From contig OY969926.1 in NCBI GenBank assembly GCA_963704645.1, forward strand, positions 288,001 to 352,000: a stretch of DNA of 64,000 nucleotides, read 5' to 3'. Positions 30,149-40,314 of this stretch are shown here, in pieces. Below the pieces are notes generated by a model that was not told the origin of the DNA, made no database searches, and saw nothing but the letters and a program-made list of their open reading frames with translations. Both the position numbers and the translations under genes were made by a program. The stretch's first letter is position 1, and each line of letters opens with the position of its first letter. The DNA is from an uncultured bacterium (GTDB lineage: Bacteria; Patescibacteriota; JACMRA01).

Positions 30149-30880
30149 ATGAAATCTGCTGAAGAGTTGGAATTAATTGTCGCTAAACTTTTGAAACATA
30201 AACGGGGTTACTTATGTCCTTTACTCGGAGGAGATTCGACAGGGAAAACTGCTTTTTTAAATGCTTTATCGCAAAACTGTCCTTCAGCTACTGTGCTTTC
30301 CTGGCAGAAAACGGCTAAAGAATATTTTCAAAGTCTAGAAGGTTTTCCTAGTCATTATCAAGATTTTGGACTTGCTATTAGCAAATTCCTTAGGCCAAAA
30401 GAAAGAGCGGGAGTTTTATTCAAAGTATTACTCGAATGGATTAATACTGAAATCATTCCAGCTTTAAAAAGAGGTGAGGTGGTATTTGTAGATTCATACA
30501 TCTATCGGTTTATTGCCAAAGAATTTATCTTTTATGGCGAGGATGAGCTTTTAAGATTAATGCGTGCAGCTGAAATTCCAAAACCAGACCTTGTTATTTT
30601 AATTGATAACAACCCAGATTCTGCTCTATTTCTTATGAAAGGGGCACAACCAGAATTTTATGAAACCCATCCTAATATGGGAAGTGATTCCGAAAGTTTC
30701 AGCAGTTTTCAAACCATGGTTCACGAGCATTTTCTTTTTCTAATTGAAAGTGATGCTATTCCAATTGTTGTTCTTCCAAACTTACTTGAAGACTTGCATA
30801 ACAGAACAACTAAATGGGAGAATTGGAACGGTATTATCTACCAATATCTTGAAAACCATTTAATTTGTGTACCAGCTTAG
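30149..30880 (+). CDS. Thymidylate-kinase-like P-loop protein
   Basis: GGDSTGKT P-loop, IIPALKRGEVVFVDSY, PKPDLVILID; AGGGAGG SD before ATG 30149; terminator at 30907-30936. Confidence 0.7.
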   Translation: MKSAEELELIVAKLLKHKRGYLCPLLGGDSTGKTAFLNALSQNCPSATVLSWQKTAKEYFQSLEGFPSHYQDFGLAISKFLRPKERAGVLFKVLLEWINTEIIPALKRGEVVFVDSYIYRFIAKEFIFYGEDELLRLMRAAEIPKPDLVILIDNNPDSALFLMKGAQPEFYETHPNMGSDSESFSSFQTMVHEHFLFLIESDAIPIVVLPNLLEDLHNRTTKWENWNGIIYQYLENHLICVPA

Positions 30881-30964
30881 TTTATTTCTGGTTGTTTAAA
30901 ACTTAAGACTCTTTAATTAGAGTCATTTTTTATTTTGAACTTTTATTGTATCTATTGCCAAATA

Positions 30965-31798
30965 TTAATAAGCTTCATCTGCGTCTTTAAAAACTTGTCT
31001 GAAGTTAAAGTAAGTATGACTAGATTCATCTAGCTCAATTATTTTCTTATCCTGAGTTTTAAAATAGGTAAATAAGGTTCTTCCTTCGTCTGCTGGAACG
31101 GTTAAATCTGTTTTGTATACAAATTGTCTTACAGGAATTTTAACTTCGCCTGCGTACTTTGCAGAGTTAAAAATATCACCGGCAAAAACACAGAAAATGC
31201 TGTACTGTCTAAAACACATACTTTGAACACTGGAAAAAGTGTTAGCTAGTAATAATTTCTTCGCTTTAGGTTTTTGGCTAGCTAAGTAAGTAGCAGGTGA
31301 ACCGCCTAGAGAGTGTCCAAAAATTAATATTTTTTCTTCTGGAATTTTCTTTACATTCACCAAATAATCGTAGGCTAAAACTGCTGTTTCTAAAGTTTTT
31401 TCTGGGGTAGGATTTCCTTCAGATTCGTGGTAACCTGGGTATGCGGGTGAAAGTACGGTTCCATACTGTTTTAAATCGGCAAAATAGTCTGCAATTCTGC
31501 CAGTGTTACCATGTAAATATAATACCACTTTGTCTGTTTTGGAATTTGGAAAATACCACATTGAAATGTTTTCTCCAGCTTTGTTTCGCACAAAATTTAA
31601 TTCATAGCCATAAGCAGGAACAGGAGCTAAGCTAATTTTATTGTTGAAAACTAAACTTGCTGCTTGGCCGTATAAATAAAAGGAAATTATCAGCCATAAA
31701 ATTAATAAAATGCTAACTAAAGAAACCCAGAATTTCCAGCTGGTTAGCTTACTTTTAAATTTGTCAGCATTAAAATTTTTTAAAGTTGAAGAAAACAT
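30965..31798 (-). CDS. Membrane-anchored alpha/beta hydrolase
   Basis: LYLHGN, YPGY..SEG.P, GHSLGG nucleophile elbow, D.TVP, C-terminal His. Confidence 0.9.
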   Translation of the reverse strand: MFSSTLKNFNADKFKSKLTSWKFWVSLVSILLILWLIISFYLYGQAASLVFNNKISLAPVPAYGYELNFVRNKAGENISMWYFPNSKTDKVVLYLHGNTGRIADYFADLKQYGTVLSPAYPGYHESEGNPTPEKTLETAVLAYDYLVNVKKIPEEKILIFGHSLGGSPATYLASQKPKAKKLLLANTFSSVQSMCFRQYSIFCVFAGDIFNSAKYAGEVKIPVRQFVYKTDLTVPADEGRTLFTYFKTQDKKIIELDESSHTYFNFRQVFKDADEAY

Positions 31799-31977
31799 AT
31801 TATTATTAGTTGATACAACTTAGCTATTTTTTAGAAGGTTAATTGTCAATGCTAAAAGGGTTTAAATCTGAGCGTAACATCGCCTCAAGCAATCACTAAA
31901 TCTACCTTGATGTTTACATGGATTGTGATTTAACGAGCGTTGAGTATTGATAATTAAAATTTCCACCAACATCAAAC

Positions 31978-32469
31978 CTAAAAAACAATTAGTAAAACTA
32001 AGCTAGAAAGCATCAATCCAAGGCAAGTTATTTCTAAAACTAGACCCAAGAAAGACTTGAAGGTAATATGCAAGGCTAAATTAACCTTATCTTTAGTAAA
32101 ATTACTGGTTGGGAAAAATAGCAGGGCAAAAAGTGTTCCAATAAAAACTCCAATTAAAGCACCTAAAAAAGGTATAGGAATAAAAATAGCTCCTAATATT
32201 CCGAATACAGTTGGCATCCAGTATTTATTTTTTGGTAATTTCTGGCTAGCCTTCAAAGTTAACAAAAATCCACCAACACTGGCTATTAATGTTAAAAATA
32301 TAAACAAAATAAGCCAATACCAATTAAACCAATTGTTAGCTAAATTCAAGAAAATAATTCCTATCAAGGCTAAAATGCTGGCTGAAAAAAACTGATAAAT
32401 TAAACTTAGTAGGCTTAAAATAATAAAGCTAGCTCCAAGAATAAGGAATATTGTTTCGGTTGTAATCAT
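31978..32469 (-). CDS. DUF456-like membrane protein
   Basis: Highly hydrophobic; GILGAIFIPIPFLGALIGVFIG. Confidence 0.65.
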   Translation of the reverse strand: MITTETIFLILGASFIILSLLSLIYQFFSASILALIGIIFLNLANNWFNWYWLILFIFLTLIASVGGFLLTLKASQKLPKNKYWMPTVFGILGAIFIPIPFLGALIGVFIGTLFALLFFPTSNFTKDKVNLALHITFKSFLGLVLEITCLGLMLSSLVLLIVF

Positions 32470-32493
32470 AAATATAAATTCTTAATATGTTTG

Positions 32494-33201
32494 TTAATCT
32501 GAAGAGCCTCCAACGCCACTATTGTTTGGGTAAAAATATGTACCACCAGGAAAAGCTCTTAAGGCAGCAGCTAGCATCAATTCTTCTGAAATTTTTGAGT
32601 TTACGTCTAGTATTTTTACACTCATTACAATGCTTTTGGGTTTTATAATCCTTCTAAATTCTGCCACAACTTTAGAATTACTTTTAACTACATATTTTAT
32701 CTGAATTAATTTTGGAAATAAAATTGAAGAAATAATTATTAATAAAAATTCTAGCAAACCAAAAGATATTAATCCTAAAAATACATTCAAATCGTATAGA
32801 AAACCAGAAAAATTAATTACTTTGTGCAAGCTTCCTATTTCAGTTTTATTTTCATCTAATATTTTCCAATAGTTATTAAACGATCTAGTACCATTCTGTA
32901 AAAAACCAACAAGATTTTGTGTTGAATTAAACACGCTGTAGGTATCTGGGTTTATGTTTTTATTTCTAAATTTTAAAGCAGGATAAATTGATTCTATTTT
33001 TAGAAACTGTATATTTTTTTCTTCATCTGAATAAACATCTTCATATGGGTCTTTTATTAGGCTAAATTTTTTAGCTCCTATGTGTAAATGAGACTCTTTG
33101 TTTTTAGTAACAATGAAACATTTAAAAGGCAAACCCCAGGAATAGCCAAAAAAACTGCGTTTAATAATTTTATAATCACTTTGTAATAAGTTAGACTGCA
33201 T
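32494..33201 (-). CDS. Hypothetical protein, possibly LURP/scramblase-like
   Basis: Repeated beta motifs (YSVFN...VGFL, WKILDE...IGSL) and a C-terminal EELMLAAAL helix. Confidence 0.45.
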   Translation of the reverse strand: MQSNLLQSDYKIIKRSFFGYSWGLPFKCFIVTKNKESHLHIGAKKFSLIKDPYEDVYSDEEKNIQFLKIESIYPALKFRNKNINPDTYSVFNSTQNLVGFLQNGTRSFNNYWKILDENKTEIGSLHKVINFSGFLYDLNVFLGLISFGLLEFLLIIISSILFPKLIQIKYVVKSNSKVVAEFRRIIKPKSIVMSVKILDVNSKISEELMLAAALRAFPGGTYFYPNNSGVGGSSD

Positions 33202-33408
33202 AATAAAAATTAATTTTAAAAATTTGTTTTAGTCTATTGTGCATATAGCTTAGATAATTATAAAATTGACTACCCAGTTTAGCGTCAATCAGAAATAATA
33301 AAAGCTACATTTTCAAAATCCATAAGCTAAAATATTAAGATTTCAAAGATAAACACCCACTTTACAATTCCCTGTTTAGAACTAAACATTAAAATATTAA
33401 AAACATTT

Positions 33409-34293
33409 ATGAATTCTGCTTATTCTGTCCAAAATAAAAATCAACGTAATACTTGGATTTTAATCCTTTTATTTATTGGCTTGGTCTCTGCTTTATTTTA
33501 CTTTTTTGCTTGGTATTATAATTCACCATTTATTGCTGTTCTAGGTTTAATATTTTCTTTGGGTCAGTCTCTTGTGGCTTATTATTACGGAGACTCCATT
33601 GCTTTATCTGTGGCAGGGGCAAAGCAGGTAGATGAAACTGAGGCGGCGCAGTTGCATAATTTGGTAGATAATTTAAGCAAAGTTGCGGGAATACCCAAGC
33701 CAAAAGTTTTTATTTCCCCAGATGAATCTGCTAATGCTTTTGCTTGCGGAAGAGATCCTGAACATGCCAGCGTCTGTGTTAATTTAGGGCTATTGAAAAT
33801 TTTAAATAAAGCAGAGCTGGAGGGTGTTTTAGCTCATGAAATTTCTCATATTAAAAACCGTGATATTTTAATAATGACAGTTACAATGGTACTAGCAAGT
33901 TTAATTAGCTTCTTGGTTGATATTGGCTTTAGATTGAGTTTTTTTGGGGGTAGAGACAAAGATAGAAATAGTAATCCTGTAGTTTTAATTATTTATTTGG
34001 CTTTAATAATTCTAGCTCCTTTTATCTCCATTTTAATTCAAATGGCTGTGTCTAGATCTAGAGAATATTTGGCCGATGCAAGCGCTGTTGTGCTAACTAG
34101 ATATCCAGAAGGATTGGTGTCGGCTTTAAACAAACTTTACGCTTCGCCTGTGCCAACAAATCATTATTCAACAAGTATGAATCACTTTTACATTGCTCCA
34201 CCTAAAAAAAGTTTTGGAGAGAAAGTAAGCCAATTATTTAGCACGCACCCTAAATTAGAAGACAGAATTTCAGCATTGAAAAAAATGGCCTAA
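33409..34293 (+). CDS. htpX: Zinc metalloprotease HtpX (M48)
   Basis: NAFACG, ELEGVLAHEISH, SRSREYLAD, FSTHP. Confidence 0.95.
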   Translation: MNSAYSVQNKNQRNTWILILLFIGLVSALFYFFAWYYNSPFIAVLGLIFSLGQSLVAYYYGDSIALSVAGAKQVDETEAAQLHNLVDNLSKVAGIPKPKVFISPDESANAFACGRDPEHASVCVNLGLLKILNKAELEGVLAHEISHIKNRDILIMTVTMVLASLISFLVDIGFRLSFFGGRDKDRNSNPVVLIIYLALIILAPFISILIQMAVSRSREYLADASAVVLTRYPEGLVSALNKLYASPVPTNHYSTSMNHFYIAPPKKSFGEKVSQLFSTHPKLEDRISALKKMA

Positions 34294-34315
34294 AAAAGCC
34301 ATTTGGTACTTATAT

Positions 34316-34594
34316 TTATTCAATTAAATTAATGCCTTCTAAAACCTTTTTAATGTATTGCTCAGAACAACCACACTTCTGCAAAAAATTATTCCAGAAA
34401 TTGGAAGGTAGCTTAGAAGCATATATCTCGTTCAGGTGTACTAATTTTTGCTGTACTACAAAACTAGTTAAAATTTGTTCTGCAAAGTGAGATTGCAAGA
34501 CACCTATAAACAAATTATGAACCTCAGCAATTGCATTTACTACTTCCTCAATTAATTCTTTAGAGGGAAATCTGTGAACTAATTCTACAATTAT
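34316..34594 (-). pseudogene. Possible 5'-truncated gene remnant
   Basis: Open frame extends upstream of the TTG (IIVELVHRFPSKELIEEVVNAIAEVHNLFIG...) to a stop without an ATG. Confidence 0.25.
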
Positions 34595-34746
34595 TTACTG
34601 TATAATGTACAATTGTATATTTTTCCAATGTACAAAAAATGGCAAGGCCAAAGGTTTATCTGATAGTTAAATATAATGATAATTTTATTTATACCTAATC
34701 TTATTTGCCTAAATTTAATAATCTACTAATTTATTTCTAATAAACA

Positions 34747-34965
34747 ATGAGGATAGTTATTTTGAGAATTAATACTTGTTCATTAACAGAGCTTCATAAA
34801 TTACTTGAAGATTATTTACCTAAATGTGGCTCGGACATTACTAGATTGGATGTACTAAACTTAATGTCTCAGATTGAAGTGGCAGCTATGACAGATGGAG
34901 GTGTTAGTACAAAAATAAGTATCTCCGAGAGAATTAATGATTTAAATATTCCATTTCCAATTTAG
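34747..34965 (+). CDS. Small hypothetical protein
   Basis: 72-aa ORF with ATG start; terminator CCCAC...GTGGG plus T-run at about 34989-35022. Confidence 0.5.
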   Translation: MRIVILRINTCSLTELHKLLEDYLPKCGSDITRLDVLNLMSQIEVAAMTDGGVSTKISISERINDLNIPFPI

Positions 34966-35033
34966 TAGAAACTGTATGTTTAACAGTTAACCCCCACTTT
35001 TATAATAGGTGGGTTTATTTTTACACAAAATTC

Positions 35034-36434
35034 CTAAAAACTTTCGTCGTTAATTTTCTTTATATTTACTTTTTTTGAAAGCATTTCTCTAAATTCCGTC
35101 ATAGCTGTGTAGGTTGCAAGAACTGTGTGCTCAGTAATATTGGTTTCTGATTTATCTTTCAAAATTATATTCTTTAATAGCTGTTCTATACTTTCAAAAT
35201 TATTTTCTAATTCTAGTTTTTGCCCTGCATAATCAAGTCTTAATAACATATCTAAACCTCGGGTTCCGCCAGTTATTAAGTTATATTTATTACTAGTTCT
35301 TAAGAAAAAATCTTCAAAATTAATATCCCAAAGCCAAGAAACATCTTTTCCATCTGCAATTTTATCATTAACTAAAAAGACTAAATTTTCCACTTCTGTT
35401 TTGGAAGCTATGGAATTTAAAACAAGGTTGAAACTAGCTGGGTTTTTCACCAAAATAATTTTGAATTTTGAATTTTCAACAACAATTTCTTCACCTCTTC
35501 CAAAAACTTCTGTTTGAAATAATAAAGAGTTTTTGATTACCTCTAAATTTATATTTCTAGCTGTAATAATGGCTGCAATGCAGTTGTATAAATTATAATT
35601 TCCTTCCAAGTTTGTGTTGAAAGTTGAATGCTCAAAAACATGAGTTTCATTGCTTTTTTTTCTGGTTATTTTGAAGTAATTTTTGCCTGCTTCAGAAGCA
35701 TTATTATTGGTTTGAATTAATTTAAAAATTGGTTCAATTTGCCACAAATTTGTGTCGTATTTTTTTGGCCACAAAGCCTCCTGTTCAAATTTAGGTTTTT
35801 GTTTTTCTGGTAAATTTAAAGCAAAACCTGAAACCTGAAACTTCAAATTATGTTCTTCTTTGTAATTAATAATTGATGTAAGTTTTCCGTCATCGGCGTT
35901 TAAAATTACTTCCAATTTTTCTGAATCTAAAATTTCTAAAGACTGCTGAAAATATTGCAAAGTTTTATCAATCTCGCCATACAAATCTAATTGATCTCTA
36001 AACAAATTAGTTAGAATCAGTTTATCAGCTTTCAAATACGGGCTCATTTTAGGTAAAGTTGCCTCTTCAATTTCCAAAATTAAGATATCCGATTTGGTTT
36101 TACCAGTCCAAGTTTTATCTAGCAGTAAAGCTGTGGTAATTCCTCTGTATATGTTCGCTCCACCTAAGTTTGTACATACTTTATGGCCGGCTTGCTTGTA
36201 TATATTGGCTAAAATAGAGCGGGTTGTAGTTTTGCCATTTGTTCCAGTTATAAGAATAACTTGTTCATAACCTGTGGATAAACCCGAAATTAAATTGGGA
36301 AAATACAGTTCAACCAATAAACCTGGCAAGCTTGTGGCATTACCTTTTTTAAGAATTTTTAAAACGAATTTTATTATTTTAGCTTGTAAAATAAATATCA
36401 AAATTAATACTGTCTTCACTTGGTAAGTGATCAT
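35034..36434 (-). CDS. murT: MurT-like Mur ligase (lipid II isoglutaminyl synthase subunit)
   Basis: TSLPG, ITGTNGKTTT, TNLFRDQLD.YGE, LVKNPA, ADGKDVSWLWD, TYTAM. Confidence 0.92.
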   Translation of the reverse strand: MITYQVKTVLILIFILQAKIIKFVLKILKKGNATSLPGLLVELYFPNLISGLSTGYEQVILITGTNGKTTTRSILANIYKQAGHKVCTNLGGANIYRGITTALLLDKTWTGKTKSDILILEIEEATLPKMSPYLKADKLILTNLFRDQLDLYGEIDKTLQYFQQSLEILDSEKLEVILNADDGKLTSIINYKEEHNLKFQVSGFALNLPEKQKPKFEQEALWPKKYDTNLWQIEPIFKLIQTNNNASEAGKNYFKITRKKSNETHVFEHSTFNTNLEGNYNLYNCIAAIITARNINLEVIKNSLLFQTEVFGRGEEIVVENSKFKIILVKNPASFNLVLNSIASKTEVENLVFLVNDKIADGKDVSWLWDINFEDFFLRTSNKYNLITGGTRGLDMLLRLDYAGQKLELENNFESIEQLLKNIILKDKSETNITEHTVLATYTAMTEFREMLSKKVNIKKINDESF

Positions 36435-36523
36435 AATGTTTAGTATTCTTGACAAGGCTTCCCCAATGGTCATTAGTTGTACATAAAATTAATCAATAAT
36501 TAAAATCAATTTTAAAACCATAT

Positions 36524-36895
36524 ATGGCCATTACACGTCAAAAAACAGATTCATTGGTTGGGGTAAACTTGGCCGCAGCTGCTAAAGATATAGAGTCTAA
36601 CAACATTGACCCTAAGAAAAATACCGAAGGTATGGGTGGAAATACTGTTAAAAAGCCTAATTTTTTCCAAACTACACTAGAAGAGTTAAAAATGGTTAAA
36701 TGGCCAACTTGGAAATATGTATATAAATGGGCTAGCATCATTTTGTTATTTACTTTGGTAATGTCTGTTTCTTTGGGCGCTTTTGATAAGCTTTTCACTA
36801 CAGGTGTTAAATTTGTAGATTGCACTTCGGTTGTTGGTAAAAAGCAAAGTATTGGTGAGTGTGGAACAGAATTTTGGACCAACTTAATAAATTAA
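36524..36895 (+). CDS. secE: Preprotein translocase subunit SecE
   Basis: ELKMVKWPT followed by a TM; directly upstream of nusG. Confidence 0.9.
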   Translation: MAITRQKTDSLVGVNLAAAAKDIESNNIDPKKNTEGMGGNTVKKPNFFQTTLEELKMVKWPTWKYVYKWASIILLFTLVMSVSLGAFDKLFTTGVKFVDCTSVVGKKQSIGECGTEFWTNLIN

Positions 36896-36905
36896 TACAA
36901 AGTAT

Positions 36906-37490
36906 ATGGCTATAAAAAAAGAAAGTAACGAAGAATTAAAATTAGATTTAACCCCACGCTGGTATATATTGCAAACCTACGTTGGTTTTGAAGATGCAGT
37001 GCGTAGAACTATTGAAGCTAAAATTGAGAACAGTAATTTAGGAGATAAGCTTTTAGAATTATTTATTCCTTTAAAGAAAATTGTTAAATTAAATAAAAAA
37101 GGTGAAAGAACCGAGAAAACCGAGAAAATTTACCCTGGTTATATTTACCTAAAAATGATTTTAGACAAGGAAATTGCTTACCTAATTCAGAACACCCAAT
37201 ATGTTTCAAGAATTGCTGGAACAGGAGATTTTGCTGTAGCTTTAGAAGAAGGTTACGTTGAAAGACTAAAAGAAAAACTAGCTAAAGAAGACGAAAATGC
37301 TGGTGTTACAACTTCTGTTAATTACAAAATTGGCGAAACTGTACGTGTAGCAGACGGACCTTTCAAAGACATGCAAGGTAAAATTGGTTCTATAGACACA
37401 GAAAGCTCTAGGGTTAATGTTCTTCTAACTATTTTTGATAGAGAAACTAATGTAGAGTTGGATATTCTTGAAATTCAGAAGATTGTTTAG
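36906..37490 (+). CDS. nusG: Transcription factor NusG
   Basis: RWYILQTYVGFE, YPGYI, KOW GETVRVADGPF, IFDRET.VEL. Confidence 0.97.
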   Translation: MAIKKESNEELKLDLTPRWYILQTYVGFEDAVRRTIEAKIENSNLGDKLLELFIPLKKIVKLNKKGERTEKTEKIYPGYIYLKMILDKEIAYLIQNTQYVSRIAGTGDFAVALEEGYVERLKEKLAKEDENAGVTTSVNYKIGETVRVADGPFKDMQGKIGSIDTESSRVNVLLTIFDRETNVELDILEIQKIV

Positions 37491-37760
37491 GGTTTAAATA
37501 CTCTTTTATTTTGTTCAGAAATAACATGGGCTTAATATTTCTAGGTGTTTGTATTTTACTACCTTTTTGATTAACTTTAGGTAAATTTTAGAGTTTTAAA
37601 TTCTGTTTGCTTTAAGAATTTTCATTTTTGAAAGATTATTTTTAATGTACACATATACTCAAGTTATTGTATTGTATAAATATAACTTAACATAAGTTAA
37701 AATTCTAGCCTTGACACCTTCCATAACAATAAACATGTTCAGCTTAGTAAATATTAAGAT

Positions 37761-38675
37761 ATGAATTCAACTAAAAATGCTTCTGTGGAAGTAACTAAAA
37801 TTAAAGCAAGTGTTGGTGTAATTATTCAAGACGCTGACAACAAAATTTTATTAGGCAAAAGACAAAATGTTATTGGTGCAAATACTTGGGGTCTTCCAGG
37901 TGGCCATATTAAAATTGGGGAAAGTATTTTTGAATGTGCAAAGCGTGAAGTTTTTGATGAAGTAGGAATTGATTTGATTAATTTTGAATTGGTCGAAGTT
38001 TCTGAAATGGTGAATACAGGTGCAGATTTTCAATTGGTAGAAATTGGATATAAAAGTAAAAAATGGGAAGGAATTGTAGAGCTTAAAGAACACAAATATT
38101 GTAGCGAATGGGGATTTTTTCCATTAGATAAACTGCCAGGAGAAATTTTTGCTCCTCATAAAGCTATTGTAGAAAAAGTTGCTAAGCAACATATGAATAT
38201 AGATGAAGAAATTGAAAATAACCCAAGTTTATTCGATTTTATTCATCCTCATTTTAAAGTTGCCGTTCAAACCTTCGTAGTTAACAAAGCTGGTCAATTA
38301 CTAATGGGTCTACGTTGTGATCCTGAAAATAAGGGCTATTGGGCAGTTCCAGGAGGACATTTAGACGTAGGAGATACTTTAGAAGAATGTGCATTGCGTG
38401 AACTTCGTGAAGAAACTGGAATTAAGGCTTTCCAAGCTTTACAGTTTGCCTATGTAGAACAGCCAATTAATATTTCCAATATGCATTATTTCCATTTTGG
38501 ATATTTGGTAAATGAATTTGATGAAAGCCAAACTTTAATTAACGGTGAACCAGAAGATATTGAAAGATGGGAATGGTTTGATTTGAACCAAATTCCACCT
38601 AAAATTGCTGGCTACCAACGTGAAGTTATAATTAAGTTCTTAAAATTCAACAAAGTTAACTTTGGAAAGAAATAA
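37761..38675 (+). CDS. Tandem two-domain Nudix hydrolase
   Basis: Two Nudix boxes: GGHIKIGESIFECAKREVFDEVGI and GGHLDVGDTLEECALRELREETGI. Confidence 0.92.
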   Translation: MNSTKNASVEVTKIKASVGVIIQDADNKILLGKRQNVIGANTWGLPGGHIKIGESIFECAKREVFDEVGIDLINFELVEVSEMVNTGADFQLVEIGYKSKKWEGIVELKEHKYCSEWGFFPLDKLPGEIFAPHKAIVEKVAKQHMNIDEEIENNPSLFDFIHPHFKVAVQTFVVNKAGQLLMGLRCDPENKGYWAVPGGHLDVGDTLEECALRELREETGIKAFQALQFAYVEQPINISNMHYFHFGYLVNEFDESQTLINGEPEDIERWEWFDLNQIPPKIAGYQREVIIKFLKFNKVNFGKK

Positions 38676-38691
38676 GATTGCAGACCGTGGT

Positions 38692-38720
38692 TTGACATCT
38701 GTGCTATGCTAAAATAGCTT
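38692..38720 (+). promoter_or_regulatory. Sigma70 promoter, leaderless or near-leaderless transcript
   Basis: TTGACA-17 nt-TAGCTT, then 7 nt to ATG 38728. Confidence 0.65.
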
Positions 38721-38727
38721 TGAAATA

Positions 38728-40296
38728 ATGTTCGATAAGCACAGTCATTCAGGTACTCATAGGCATAACCATCAAGATGTTTTGGAAGAAAATGTGGAAT
38801 TTAAATCTTCTAGCACCTTAAATCATTTGTTAGAGAAGGAAGATCATTTTGTTTTACCTGGTCCAACATTGAAACCAAGATTAAACATTCAGCCAATTCA
38901 CCCTAAAACCGATCTTTTTTTAGACGAAGCTAAGAAACAAAAAAAGAGTAGTTTGTGGTTTAAAATAAGTTTGTTTGGCCTTGCTTTGGCTACAATTTTT
39001 GTAGTTTTTGCTGGACTTAATTTGTATGCTCAAACTAAAAGTGTAGATCAAAATAAAAATATTGAGAATTGTACTAATGCAGCCAGTGTTGCTAAGAATA
39101 AAGGCATTCAAATTGATGTTTCTCAGTGTAAAACTGCCACGGGCTGGAATAATTTGTTTGGCCAAGATTTATCATCTGCAGCCTATTTTAAAACCAAAGA
39201 TGAAATAGCAGTTCAGCAAAATAAGCTGGAAGATAGCATTAGTTCAGTAAACAATAGAATTGCTGTATTGAAAGTTCAATTAACCAGCCTTAAAGTATCG
39301 TTTGATGAAATTCCTGCAGCTGTAAAAGATGATAATTTGGTTGTTTATTCTACCTCTTTGCAAAGTCAAGAAACTGGGCTTCAAAACCTGCTTGATAAAA
39401 ATTTACCTAAAATACAATCTTCTCTGGAAGAGGCTAAGGGTTATTTAACTAAATTGCCAAGTGTTTCTACTGAAGATAAAAATTTTATTAATACCTTTTC
39501 TACTTTAAATGCAGATAAGCAAGTTGAAAATTATATTAAATTAGAGGAATTAACAGCTAAATTAAAGTTGGCTTTAGAAAGCATGAGCGCCAAGAGTACC
39601 TATCCTATTGTGGGAAGTATTACAGACTATAAGTTTTTTACACCCAAAAATTTCCAAGATTTATATGAATCTGTAGTCTACACTAATGTTCAAGAAGCTC
39701 AACCAATTGTTAATATTACTGGTAACGAAACGGCGGATAATTATATTCGTGGAATTGCTGAAAGAAGAGGCTATAAAAAAAGAGTGCAAGCTATTACTGC
39801 CAATTTAGTTAACGTAGACGGCTATAAACTGCAATCAAAAGCGGCTACAGATTGGAAGGCTATGAAAGCTGCAGCACTTAAAGACAAAGTATATTTGGGC
39901 TTAGTTTCTGGTTTTCGTGGTTACGACGATCAGCGAAGTATTTTTATTCCAAGTTTAAGGGACGAGGCAAATAAACAACTAAGTAGAGACTTTACTTCAT
40001 CTGACATTACATCTGGTAGTTTAGATGGAGCTATAAATGCTGTTTTAAACACTAGTTCTATTCCAGGTTATTCAAAGCACCATACTGGCTACACAGTAGA
40101 TTTTACAGACACAGCTTCGGGTAAGTTTTTTACTAAATTTGAAGAAACGGCGGGGCATGTTTGGCTTAGCGAAAACAATTTTTACAATGCTAAACGTTTT
40201 GGTTTCATTCCAAGTTACCCCAAGGGTGGAACAAATTTTGGTCCAAATTACGAAAGTTGGGAATATGTTTGGGTTGGAAGTGAGGTTTTAAAATAA
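38728..40296 (+). CDS. Membrane-anchored M15B (VanY-like) D,D-carboxypeptidase
   Basis: SGFR..DDQ, PGYSKHHTGYTVD, GFIPSYP, ESWEY.WVG; TM plus coiled-coil stalk. Confidence 0.85.
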   Translation: MFDKHSHSGTHRHNHQDVLEENVEFKSSSTLNHLLEKEDHFVLPGPTLKPRLNIQPIHPKTDLFLDEAKKQKKSSLWFKISLFGLALATIFVVFAGLNLYAQTKSVDQNKNIENCTNAASVAKNKGIQIDVSQCKTATGWNNLFGQDLSSAAYFKTKDEIAVQQNKLEDSISSVNNRIAVLKVQLTSLKVSFDEIPAAVKDDNLVVYSTSLQSQETGLQNLLDKNLPKIQSSLEEAKGYLTKLPSVSTEDKNFINTFSTLNADKQVENYIKLEELTAKLKLALESMSAKSTYPIVGSITDYKFFTPKNFQDLYESVVYTNVQEAQPIVNITGNETADNYIRGIAERRGYKKRVQAITANLVNVDGYKLQSKAATDWKAMKAAALKDKVYLGLVSGFRGYDDQRSIFIPSLRDEANKQLSRDFTSSDITSGSLDGAINAVLNTSSIPGYSKHHTGYTVDFTDTASGKFFTKFEETAGHVWLSENNFYNAKRFGFIPSYPKGGTNFGPNYESWEYVWVGSEVLK

Positions 40297-40314
40297 AATA
40301 ATTACACTAATATT

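Noticed and set aside
19560-30880. Prophage or integrative element at the tRNA genes
   Set aside because: No integrase, phage structural genes or duplicated tRNA 3' ends were seen
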